From assembly GCF_964204645.1 (NCBI RefSeq), contig NC_134025.1, forward strand, positions 27,570,299 through 27,634,298: a stretch of DNA of 64,000 nt, in the 5' to 3' direction. The notes under the pieces were generated by a model, which was not told the DNA's origin, searched no databases, and saw only the letters and a program-made list of their open reading frames with translations. The position numbers and the translations under genes are program-made. Numbering within the stretch: position 1 is the stretch's first letter; each line of letters opens with the position of its first letter. Source of the stretch: Tubulanus polymorphus (taxonomy: Eukaryota > Animalia > Nemertea). Of the stretch, positions 32,974 through 44,100 are shown one piece after another.

Positions 32974-34149
32974 ATGGAAAACGTAACCGACTTTGTCATC
33001 GAACCGATGAAAGAACAATCAAAGTATATCGTTCAATGTAGGATTAATTACAAACAGGTGATCAATCGTTTTAACTGGCAATCTTAATTACAAGTAAAAC
33101 CATGACAAATTCAATTTATTTTTATTCATTATATTTTAAGAATACTCGTTAAAATGTAGTTTTCTTACAGGATGGTAAAAGCAAAATTTGGGATGCCATT
33201 CAAGAGCATGAAAGGTTTGTAGTTAAAAGTTTGCAATAATTAACTCAAGAAAATACATGGGGTCTCATTTAGGCCTTTCATGATAGGCCTATGTCATATT
33301 TTATTCATCTCCCTGACCTATTTCCCTTGTTGGCAGGTGGAACAGTTGTTACTTTGTTCTTTCACTGATTCAGCTTTCGAATAAGATTCACCAATTTTGC
33401 TACAAATTGTTTATCATTTTCAGTGTTTGTATCCTCATCTACAATATGACTAAGGATTGCTTTGTGTTTGTGTCGCAGTTTCGACCAGGTATTTTCTTTC
33501 ATGTACCGGTATTAGATTACTATATCTATCTATTAGAGATTGTATTTATCTGAACTTGATGTGTTTGATATTTCAGGCGTTTATCTGAACTCTGCCAGAA
33601 GACAGCTCGGTAGAAAAGAGATGCAAATGTTTGGAGCAGTGGACCCTACATGTGTACCGCCTAAATTAGGAATATCTTATGAAATGTGTGCTGGACTTGT
33701 AGATAAGGATATGAGTCTCGAAAAGACTGCTCAAATGGAGTGCTTAGAGGAATGTGGATATGATGTTCCACTCGCCAACATAGAAAAAATTACCTCTTAT
33801 CGGTAAATATTTTTTTTAAATAATTTTCAAATGCAATAATTTATACAGAGTGATTCATATGATATCAATTCCAATCATATACACACAGGTATGATTTTAT
33901 TATTTTTTCCCTCGCAGAACTGGGCTTGGGCTATCAGGTGCTCAACAGACATTGTATTATGCTGAAGTTACCGATGATATGAAAGTGTCACTTGGAGGTG
34001 GACTTGATGAAGAGGGCGAAATGATTGAAGTATTACATATACCACTAAAAGACAGTAGAAAGTTATTAACTGATGACACTATACCTAAGTCAATTGGATT
34101 ACTTTATGGCATTATGTGGTTTTATGAAAATAAAAAACGTCCTGAATAG
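32974..34149 (+). CDS. NUDT14: UDP-sugar diphosphatase NUDT14 (Nudix hydrolase); 5 coding exons
   Basis: MENVTDFVIEPMKEQSKYI...YKQ|DGKSKIWDAIQEHES|VCILIYN...FVSQFRPG|VY...YEMCAGLVDKDMSLEKTAQMECLEECGY (Nudix box)...|TGLGLSGAQQTLYYAEVTDDMKVSLGGGLDEEGEMIEV. Confidence 0.92.
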
Positions 34150-34593
34150 GTGAATAAGCTGAAAGTCTAAAGATTTTTATTTTGGATAATGTTAAAAGTC
34201 GTATGAACAATTCATTCAAAGAACTGATACCCCCAGGTATATAATCTATTTTTTGGAAATAAATTATTTCGTTCTACTATAAGTTGTTTATATGCGAATT
34301 ATCTAATTATGCGATCATTGTCTTGTGCTGCCACCATCTTCAGTAGCTAACACATGGTGGGTGATGCAGAATTTGAATTATTCAAAACTATCTTTTCGAA
34401 TCCTGATCGTTTGACATTCCAATACTCGAAATATGTTTTGAAGATATTCGTCGTGTTCATCGTAAATGTTGCATTTCTTGATTCGATAAATACAAAGGTC
34501 AGTTAAGAACCACAAATTGAAGATGTCGATGGATTATAAACGGACCTGTTGGAATGCGGTTCTGACGCGATCGTTACTTTTTAGGTACTGTTA

Positions 34594-37500
34594 ATGAAGA
34601 AAGTTGCTGCGATGGCGTCATCAGCTGCCACAAATATCGGTAATCTTTTTCAGTCTGAGAAGGCACATAACAAGCAGGATGATCTTGATTCAGAAATTAC
34701 TGATCATTCCTCGGTCACTATTCATAATCATGATCCACCCTCGTCTCATGAGCCGATTGATAAACTTGTAAGTTTTAAGTGCTGCCTGGTCAGTTCGATA
34801 CAGAATTATTTGTTATGTGAGTTGTTTGAATCAATGTAAATTATTACAAAAGTTGTATGAATGTATTATTTTCCTGACAGATCGATGAAAGAACGAATGT
34901 CAAACTCCAAGAGTCGGTTGGTCCATATGAAAATTGTTATGAAAACACTACTAACAAACGTAGAGTTTCCAGTAGAGAATTACAGGAGTTGATAGATGAC
35001 AATGATAGATGGATTAATAAGGTAGGCGAGTAACTGTAGTATTAGATTGGAAATTTAGGTCACTGAAAAAATGTCAATGAGTAAAAGTTGCTTGAAATTT
35101 ATGTTTTGTAAAACTGTATATTCTTTCATGCAAGCTATGTATTTTTTCATTCAGCATTCTGTAATAACAAACGCAAAGAGAAAACGTCTTTCTGAAATCA
35201 CTGCTGTTTCTCAGCCTATGGCTGATGAACAAAAGTCAAGAAACTGTGTAAAAACAGTCCCTATATTGTCTCCATCCATGGATTCGGTGACTGAAAAGCA
35301 GTTGGTTGACATTGCATCTACTTCATCTACGCCTACTAGCATTGGTAGGGAATCAAATGATATATCGCCAGTTTTAAATCATCAAACTGAAATAATTAAG
35401 AAGTCATATTCCAGAAGAGAGAAAAGGAGGTTATTAAAGGTCAAAATAGAAAATAAGAGAAAGAAGAGAGCTGGAAAATCTATCGCTGAGCTATCTGTGA
35501 GTGAGTTACATTGTTCAATAAACGAAGTAAATAATGTAAAACTATCAGAAATAACTCCAAAAGTGGCAGACAGCATTGAAAAATATACAGAAGCATCTGC
35601 AATTGAATTAGATTCAGATGAATTAACTGTTAACAATAAGCCGAAATTAGTTGCAGTTGACTTAAACTCGTCTGGTAAGATTCCAGTGACTACAGAAAAG
35701 TTGGATAAATTTTCACCCGATGACAGCGTTCAAGAATTTAAATTGGATGAATTGTTGTCTAATGACAATCCATCAGAAATCAAGTTGACAATAAATTGTT
35801 CTTCATCTAATAAAAGTTCAACGTCTGAGACTAATTTAGTCACACGTCCTCAAGTTGAGAAATCTTCATTGAATCTTGAGGGAAAGAAACTAGAAAATGA
35901 TTGGCCTAAAAAAGCGATTACCAGTGTGATGAACCCAGCTAAATCGGCTCCTGTGAAGGAGAAAGATAACTACTTCTCTGAGATAATCGTTGAGGATAAC
36001 AATGAATTAAAAGATATCCTGAAATGGGAAGATATAAGCGAATTGAAAAAGCGAAAAATGTTCTTCGTTTCATTCGAGAATTATGTGCCGACCAATTCTG
36101 ACCGGTCTATGAAAATAATGCGATTTATGTCGGATACAGATGCCAGAAAGATTCTTAATGCATCCAGTAGCAGTATCAAACCACAACTTGATGAAAAGAA
36201 AGATTCAGTTGAGCAAATGGAAGTTGAAGATTGTAATGATAATGATATAAAATGTAGAGGAATTTCCGGCACTAGACTGCTTCCTGAACCGAACACGGCT
36301 AAAGATAATTCCAACGACATTGCCTCAACTCAAATTACCACTGTTGTTGAGATTCATGAACGTGTACCTGCAAATCTGTTACATGCAGCTGATGGTCATG
36401 ATGATACAGGGCTCGCGGATTCTATCTCTAATGAGCAAGATATTGAAATAGATAGTGAGAGTGACCGTGCATCGCTAGTTCCAATGTCTGAGATAAGAAG
36501 AGATCTGAAACGTAATTCTTCTCAAGATTTAACTGATAAAAGCATAGATCCAAGTCTTCACGCGCCTGTTTTACGACCACACAAGTCGATTACTGTTTCT
36601 GCTGGTAGTACTGTTGCAAATGACAATGTAAAGTATTTATTTTCCATATCTTCATTTTCAAAAAATGTTTCAGCGTTCTTTTCTTATCAGTCAATGTAAT
36701 TTGTAACAATGACTTGCAATTAATTTTCAGTCTGCAGATCTAAAAATGTTGTCTGCATTTCAAGATAAACCATACAGCCTTCGTCTTGCCCCAAAGACAG
36801 TTGAAAAGTTTCAGGTATCGAATCGACCAGATAGTAAAACATCTACACCTACAAAATCATCATCATCTACAAAGTCAGCCAAAGACCCGAATGAACCTGA
36901 CGTACGTCTAAGTTTCTACAAATGTGAGGGTAAAGCTTCAAATACATCTAAGAATGATGAAGTCAATGATCTCCCTAGAATTACATCTGATGAAACATTT
37001 AAGAAAACACCAACAAAGAAAGTGAAATCGTCAGTTGAACTGTGTGCCATAACTCCACCTGATTTAAATCAGTTAGTTCAGTCTTCAAATAAGAAGGTAT
37101 ATATGTGATCTAAATGACTTCTAATGAGATGAATGACGTGATGATTAAATTGCATGAATGTTAATCTTTATTTTAGGGTTTGGGCCTCGGATGTATAGTG
37201 TGGGCCAAGTGGAGCGCTTTACATTGGTGGCCTGGTGTCATTGTTTTAGGTACTATGTGTGGTCTTCCTGTGTCTCAATGGGGAAAGTATTGGATCTTTT
37301 GGTTCGGTGATCACAAGGTTTCTGAGGTAACCATTTAAATACATCCATTTACTGTCAAATATCTGAGAATTTTATTGACTGCAAAGTTTTCATTCATGAT
37401 TTCAGATGAATAGGGAGAAGATCGTTCTTTTCGGGGAGAATTTTATGAAGTGTTATTCAAAGAATGCGGGCAAAACATTGCGAAGAGCTGTAGTGGAAGC

Positions 37501-40214
37501 TATCCAGGTAAGAACATATTAAAACCCTGACAGTTGATAAGAGTTGAACTACTTTGTACAGTTTATCATAGGAATGCGCTGCCAGAACCAGACATTATCT
37601 ACGAGATGACAATGAAGCTCTTCTATGGGCACTAGAATCTTTCACAGGTGTAACGGATATAAATTTTTCACCACAATGTGGTAAGCGTACTATTGAGCAT
37701 TATGAGTTCCTGTTTATCTAACAGTGGCTTGAAGTTTTTTACTGTCTTTGGATTGTTTTTAGGTGAAGAACTTTCAGTCTCAATTATGAAACGTCTACTT
37801 GATATCAAACAGATAATACGTAAGAAAGAAAACAATTTAGACGTTGATAATAAACTATTCAGAATAGAAACGGCTTGTGAAACAACAAAAGGTAAGAACA
37901 CAGAAAGTGTAAACCTATATGATCAGGATCATATTTAGATATAGAACTGAATAATTGGGATTTGAAATTTTTCAGCTAACTTATTTCAAGAAGTGCGAGA
38001 TAGACAAAGGAAAATTGAAGATATTTGTATTGCATGTGATAATACCGATGTAACGGTTGCAGCTCAACATCCATTCTTTTACGGTGGAATATGTGGACAA
38101 TGCAAGGTACAATTTAGATATATTGGAATATTTCAGATTTGTTGTAAGTTTGAATATAATGCACTAATGGTTCCATGTTTCAGAGTGATATCATGGAAAC
38201 GATGTTCGCTACAGGGTCAGATGGATTATTGGTTTGTATAGAATTCAGTTTTGTAGTGTAACCATGTGTCTGAACTCGAACCCTCTGATATATAAGTCCA
38301 TGTCTGAAATTTCTGACTGGATTTCATGTATTTTGTTCCAATTAGATGTACTGTGTTGTGTGTGGAAATGGTGGTGAACTTTTCGTCTGCGATGATCCTC
38401 TTTGTAACCGGTATGAATATTAGCCTGTATTATATTTCGAGGTATGGGGTTAGCAACAAACTGTATATCAATTTGAATATTTATTCCAGAGTTTACTGTT
38501 CTGGATGTATTCTATCATTGGCTGGTAAAGATGTATTAGAAGTCGTCCATACAGCGACACCTTGGTTATGTTTCATGTGCGCAGAGTACAATTCTTTTAC
38601 GCAAGGTCTGCTGAAACCAAAGGCTAACTGGAAAAATAATATCATAGACTTGTTTCAACCTGATGGTTATCAGGTATGATTATACATGTTTTATCAGTAT
38701 GAACCATTTTCTTGCTTAATGGATTTTAGATGATGTGCTTTATTTTACAGCCCATCTCACCAGATGACTTCCCTCGTCAACCTGTTCGAGTTTTGTCTCT
38801 GTTTGATGGAATAGGAACTGGTCTGTACATATGAACACCTTTAGCGGCTCGATTTAGATTTAGATAAGAGATCGTTTTTGAATGTTACATTACAGGAAAA
38901 TTTGTTCTGAATGAATTGGGTATAAAGGTGGAAGTATACTATGCAAGCGAGATAGATCAAGATGCGATTAATGTGACTAAGACGCAGCATGGAGATGCGG
39001 TAATTCACATCGCTGATGTTCGACAACTTGATGACGAAAAGGTACAGAGTGATCATGATTATAACGACTCATAAACTTGCTGTATCTTTTTAGAAGTTTG
39101 ATAAATTCAAGGTTTTGTATATACGGTTTGTGATATTTCAGTTGAAACAGATTGGTCCTATTGATCTACTGATAGGTGGTTCTCCGTGCAATGATCTTTC
39201 ACTTGTGAATCCTGCTAGAAAAGGCCTTGGAGGTAGAGAGTGTGAAAATAAAACCAAAAACGAAACTCAAGTTAAATATTACCTCTTGATGATGTGTTAT
39301 TTTTCATTTCAGAGGGATCTGGCTTACTATTTTTTGAGTATTTCCGAATACTGACCACCATCCAGTCATTGCAACATAGACATTTGTTCTGGTTGTTTGA
39401 AAATGTTGTGTCAATGCCGAAAGATATAAAATCGACCATTACACGATTTTTAAGGGTGTGTATATTTTTGATTCATCTGAATGAAAAATTGCTGTATTTC
39501 CTTCCTAACAATAATCATCATATGTTTTAAAGTGCGAACCCGTTCTTCTGGATGCTATTTATTTCTCTGCCCAGAAAAGAGCAAGATATTTCTGGGGAAA
39601 TATTCCTGGCATGTACTGGTATGTGTGTATCGCATCCGCATTCATTACACAAATGTCTCTCTTCTTTTCTTCCTGTACTCAATAACTAATGTATTTCTTT
39701 TCCAGTCCTCCACAGTTAGAAGAAAATCCTGATCCAAATCTTGATGAAATGCTCACTCCAAACTGCAATCGGCGTGCTACTGTAAAAAAGTTTTGTTTCT
39801 AATTCGCGCTATATTTGTGTATGATATTGTAAAGAATGCTGATATATAACCTTCTTATCATAGGTTTCTAAGATTCGAACAGTTACTGGAAGAAGTAACA
39901 GCATCAAACAAGGGAAAACTGTCAATGGAATTATGCCTGTTGTCATGGATGGAAAGGAAGATGGATTGTGGATTCCTGAACTTGAAAGGTGAGCGAGAAT
40001 TATCGAATTTCTCTATGGTGATCCCTGACCTTTGATAATCTTCAGATATTAATTTCTAGAGTTTTCTTGTAGGATATTTGGATTTCCTGCTCACTATACC
40101 GATGTTGGAAATCTTCCACCTCACAAACGCCAAGTGTTACTGGGAAAGTCTTGGAGTGTTCCTGTTATACGCAAATTGCTCTTTCCTCTGAAAAAATTCT
40201 ATGAAACTTTGTAG
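34594..40214 (+). CDS. DNMT3: De novo DNA (cytosine-5) methyltransferase DNMT3: long disordered N-terminus, PWWP, ADD and catalytic domains; intact
   Basis: PWWP exon ~37177-37326 ([15 protein letters not shown]...WFGDHK); ADD (CIAC...[34 protein letters not shown]); motif [12 protein letters not shown]; [11 protein letters not shown]; VI FENVVSM; [15 protein letters not shown]; [17 protein letters not shown]...[10 protein letters not shown]; TAG at 40212-40214. All exons join in frame by eye. The start codon is less certain. Confidence 0.95.
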
Positions 40215-40933
40215 TGCTTTATTTTGAAGATAACTGAATAAATTGTAAGAATGTCTTCAATACTGAAAATCTCAAAACGGATCAAACCAATGTTCCGGGG
40301 GTCGACTTGGCAATGACCCTTACCAGTCTGTAAAATTAATCTTATTGTGACAATTCCACAATATAAAATTTGGATAATATTTTAGTACCCGGTATATAAA
40401 AAGTACCAAATGTAATTTTCGGATTTGTGTGTATACATTCAATAGATCTAATCATGCAAAAAGTCATGCAAAATCTTATTAAAATATGTTAAGTTTTAGA
40501 AGCAATTTTATTGTTTAATTCTTAATACTACTTTGTTAGATATACATATTTAATGTTTTTAAGGAATGTTCATTTATTTAAATTCTGGAATGGTTTTTCA
40601 GAATTCTGTGATCAATTGATATCCGGTATAGTCAGCTCAAAAAGTTTATTATGTTATGATTGGGATGCAATCTGAGATGGATCATTTGCAATATCTTCTG
40701 ATCCCACAATTTGATGTCTAATTTTGATATTGGTTAGATTCTGTAATTTCAAAAGATGCAATTACACTGTGGTCTTCTCATGACTATGAACAAATAAATC
40801 TTTTGTGAATTACTTTGACAATTGTTAGCTTTCCATCTGATTACTGATTATCTATCTAAGTTCTCTGCTATCGGAATTTCACCTTGGTATGTAATGACAT
40901 GTGGCTGCAACGTAACTTTCCTTTCCCATCCAC

Positions 40934-40947
40934 GTTGCCATGGCAAC
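40934..40947. promoter_or_regulatory. Perfect RFX X-box GTTGCCATGGCAAC upstream of TMEM181 exon 1a
   Basis: 14-bp palindromic consensus ~185 bp before ATG 41132; a YY1-like AATGGCG follows at 41011. Confidence 0.75.
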
Positions 40948-41131
40948 CTGCTATTATGTGCTAAGTAGTATCTGACGCTGAGCTGTCAAAAGGCTGAATA
41001 ATTTATCCATAATGGCGCTGTATCTGATGTAGCAATCGTATTTGTAATATATATTTCTCTTAACTCTGGTGATGGTTTAAACACTATCGTTCTGTTATTT
41101 TCGCGCTGAGATTGAAGAGGACTGGAACACC

Positions 41132-44100
41132 ATGGATAACTGGAGTCAATCATTTTATACACCGACTTGGACATTAAAACTGAGATCGTTTTTCGCCACT
41201 TTCTCAGATCTGTTTAGTGAATTTGGTAGATACGTAACGCCCAGTTATCAACATGATCGTTGTGAAAGGTAAACTAATAACAAGTTTGTGCTGATGTTTT
41301 AGCGTGCAACCGGCGCCCGCCCGCCGCACGGGCCGTGCAGTCAGCAGTGCTAGAAACACTAGAATAGGCCATAATAATATTGGGAATCAGGGCCACGGTA
41401 TGGGCTAATATCATTATATTGAATGGTCATTATATCGACGTCTCATTAGGCTGAATACGGCTCAGCAGTTCGGGGGCCTAGCCATGGCATGTGTCACGGC
41501 CAGTGTTTTTATCATATACGGTACTACTGATTCTAGAGAATACTAGAGATTCATTGGAGATACATTAGACCAAAAGTTTTATTTGTATGATTTTTTATTG
41601 GCTAAAGTTCCAAAATGATTTTACAACTGACAAGCCCAAGACGCCGCCCGCCAGCCGCCACATTACTCGATTTGACACATAAAGTTCAGGCAAGCGAGGA
41701 TTTTTCTTATTGATAGATGGCGCAAGAATCGTTTGATTTTACTTCCGTGTTCCGTGGCTCATAAAATAATGGAATATACGTTTTTAAATTAGGTTCTAAC
41801 AATTGTCGCCGCAGCTAAAATGGTTATACATGAAATTGAAGCGTAAGTCTATCATCTAAGAATAAATTTACCTTTATTTTGCAATAGGTGAGGCGAGTGA
41901 GGACGTGGTGGGATAAAATCAACCCAAATTCAATTTAATATATTCCATATCAAACTGAGTAAATTAGATGGAAGTCTGCTAATGACCATGACGACAAAGA
42001 TAAATTTAAATTTGATGCGTTTTTGGTATACGCGTAATCAGTTGGGGCTGGCAGGTTAGACAGCTGAGCAGGATCTGGCCTTTTAGTCTAGCTGTTGTTC
42101 CTCGCTCGGAACCGTAACAATGTCTGGTATCCAGACTAGATCTGACAAAACAACTAACTGAGTAGTGGGCAAAAAGTTATCGGTAGCTTTATAGACACTT
42201 AAATCAGTTTTTATGAAAGTAGCTAACTCAATTTCAATTTTAAACTGACATTAGATGATAAATTGAAGTGCCGGTATCCCATTCAATCATATTCAGTGCT
42301 GGTAAAACTAAGTGGCAGCTTTTTCAATGTTTATTCAACACCATGAAATTAGGGATTAGTGTCTTAGAGAAGAAGCCCCGGCGGCTTAGGGTTAAAGGTC
42401 TAGAGGGTGAGAAAAGGTCCAGAAAGTTTTAAGTTTGAGTTCCATCATTTGCCCCAGAGGATAGAGTACTGCGCTAGTACACACGTGCTTGAAGCATGTC
42501 CGAATTTTCGTGGTTTTGTAACTTAGAATTTCGTAATTATATAGTTCCGACGCATTGAAGAAATCACGATTGTAGTATCAGTACCGGTACTCTTGGCACT
42601 TTGTTAGAAAATAGTTAAGATAGTTAATAGATTGTGAAAATCAGAAGGTATTCAACTCATGTTGCATTGGTGAGCTTTATTTACCAGGTGCATTACGGTT
42701 AGGCCTATAGCGATTTTTCTGAAAAAAAAAATAAATTCGTGGAAATGATATTCATACATGTTTTCAGCATGCATAAAGATAAAACTCATCAATTGATTTT
42801 TCTACAAGATAGAACTGCTCAGTATGGGTTTCTTCGTAGAGCCATATGGTTTCCAGTTTATAGACAGTCGTATATTGAAAAGACACTGCTTGAAAGCATA
42901 ATACAACTTACTACAGCTGTGATTGATCACCACAAAGGTTACAATTATGAAAATTAGGATTTATGTATATAACAGAATAGCATATTCTTCTTAGATTAGA
43001 TTTAGATATAAAAACTGCAACCATTAATTACAAAGAAACTCATTAGAGAAGCAGTTTTTGAAATAAATTTTTATCTATGGTTATCAACAGAAATACATAA
43101 GAAAAAGAGTATTTTTGTAATTGAGAATCAATTTATCATGTATGTGAAAGATAATTGAAAAATTGTTCGAAAATCGATATCTCATTACATTGAAGATGAT
43201 TAGAAAAATCTATAAATTCATTCCTCGAGCACCAGATGGCAAGTCTATTACTGTTTACTTATAGAAAAATAGAAAGTTTGAATAATGATAACAATATGTT
43301 GACATTAGCTGTCCGGTGATGATAAGAAATTTACATGTTTCTCTATGGGTCATCGGTATATTCATTGCTCAATACAGACACTATATGTAGACACTGTGAT
43401 CTATTTTTTGTGAACGTTCCATTCTCAGGAGGCTCTCGTATATAGGACAGTTTAGATAGGATGCGTAATGCTACTATCAGATTATAATGTTCGTGCTGAC
43501 GTCTAGGGAGATATTATTAGGAGTAATGAATTACTTTTCTTATGAGTTTCGATAGTCTACGGCAGATGAATACAATATGACTAGCATTTTCAAATTAGCA
43601 GCTTCATATATTAAAATGGACGAGAAAAAGGATTATGAAATCATGTTACGGTAAATTTAATGAGGAGGAATATAGGTATATAAGAGAGTATGATATTAGA
43701 TAGGGACAGTATTGTGGTATGCCAGTTATGCTCTATGCAAATGTCAATTTATTATGATTCTTTAAATTTGAAAATTCATTGTCACATTTCAGATCGGTGC
43801 AGATGCGGCTTTATGCCATGAGTAAAAGACAGTTCGTTCTGGTCTTTTTCGTGTTCTTCTTATGTTTTGGTATTACTGTTCTGATCGGTGTTGCAGGTAT
43901 GTTTATAGCTCAATAGATTAGTAGTTACATGCCAATTCAATTGTTTATTTTGACTGTTCTGTTTATAGGTCCTCCAATTACTGTAGCCACACAGCAAAAT
44001 GCGTCTTCCCTCATACCAAAGCCAGCGAATATGAAGGTAAAAATTGGTTGCGCTTGTACTTACTATAAATTGAGCGGGATCAGATATTTTATGTTATCTT

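Noticed and set aside
34150-34593. NUDT14-DNMT3 operon or SL trans-splicing, suggested by the short spacing and an acceptor 9 nt before the ATG
   Set aside because: A cis donor AAG|GTCAGT at 34498 pairs with the acceptor at 34584 to give an ordinary 87-nt 5'UTR intron.
34594-40214. DNMT3 as a pseudogene or a transposon-borne methyltransferase
   Set aside because: All exons splice in frame with intact catalytic motifs, and there are no flanking LTR/TIR or transposase/RT sequences.
40986-41174. 62-aa - strand ORF near the X-box
   Set aside because: It overlaps the TMEM181 exon 1a region on the opposite strand and has no homology or splice support.
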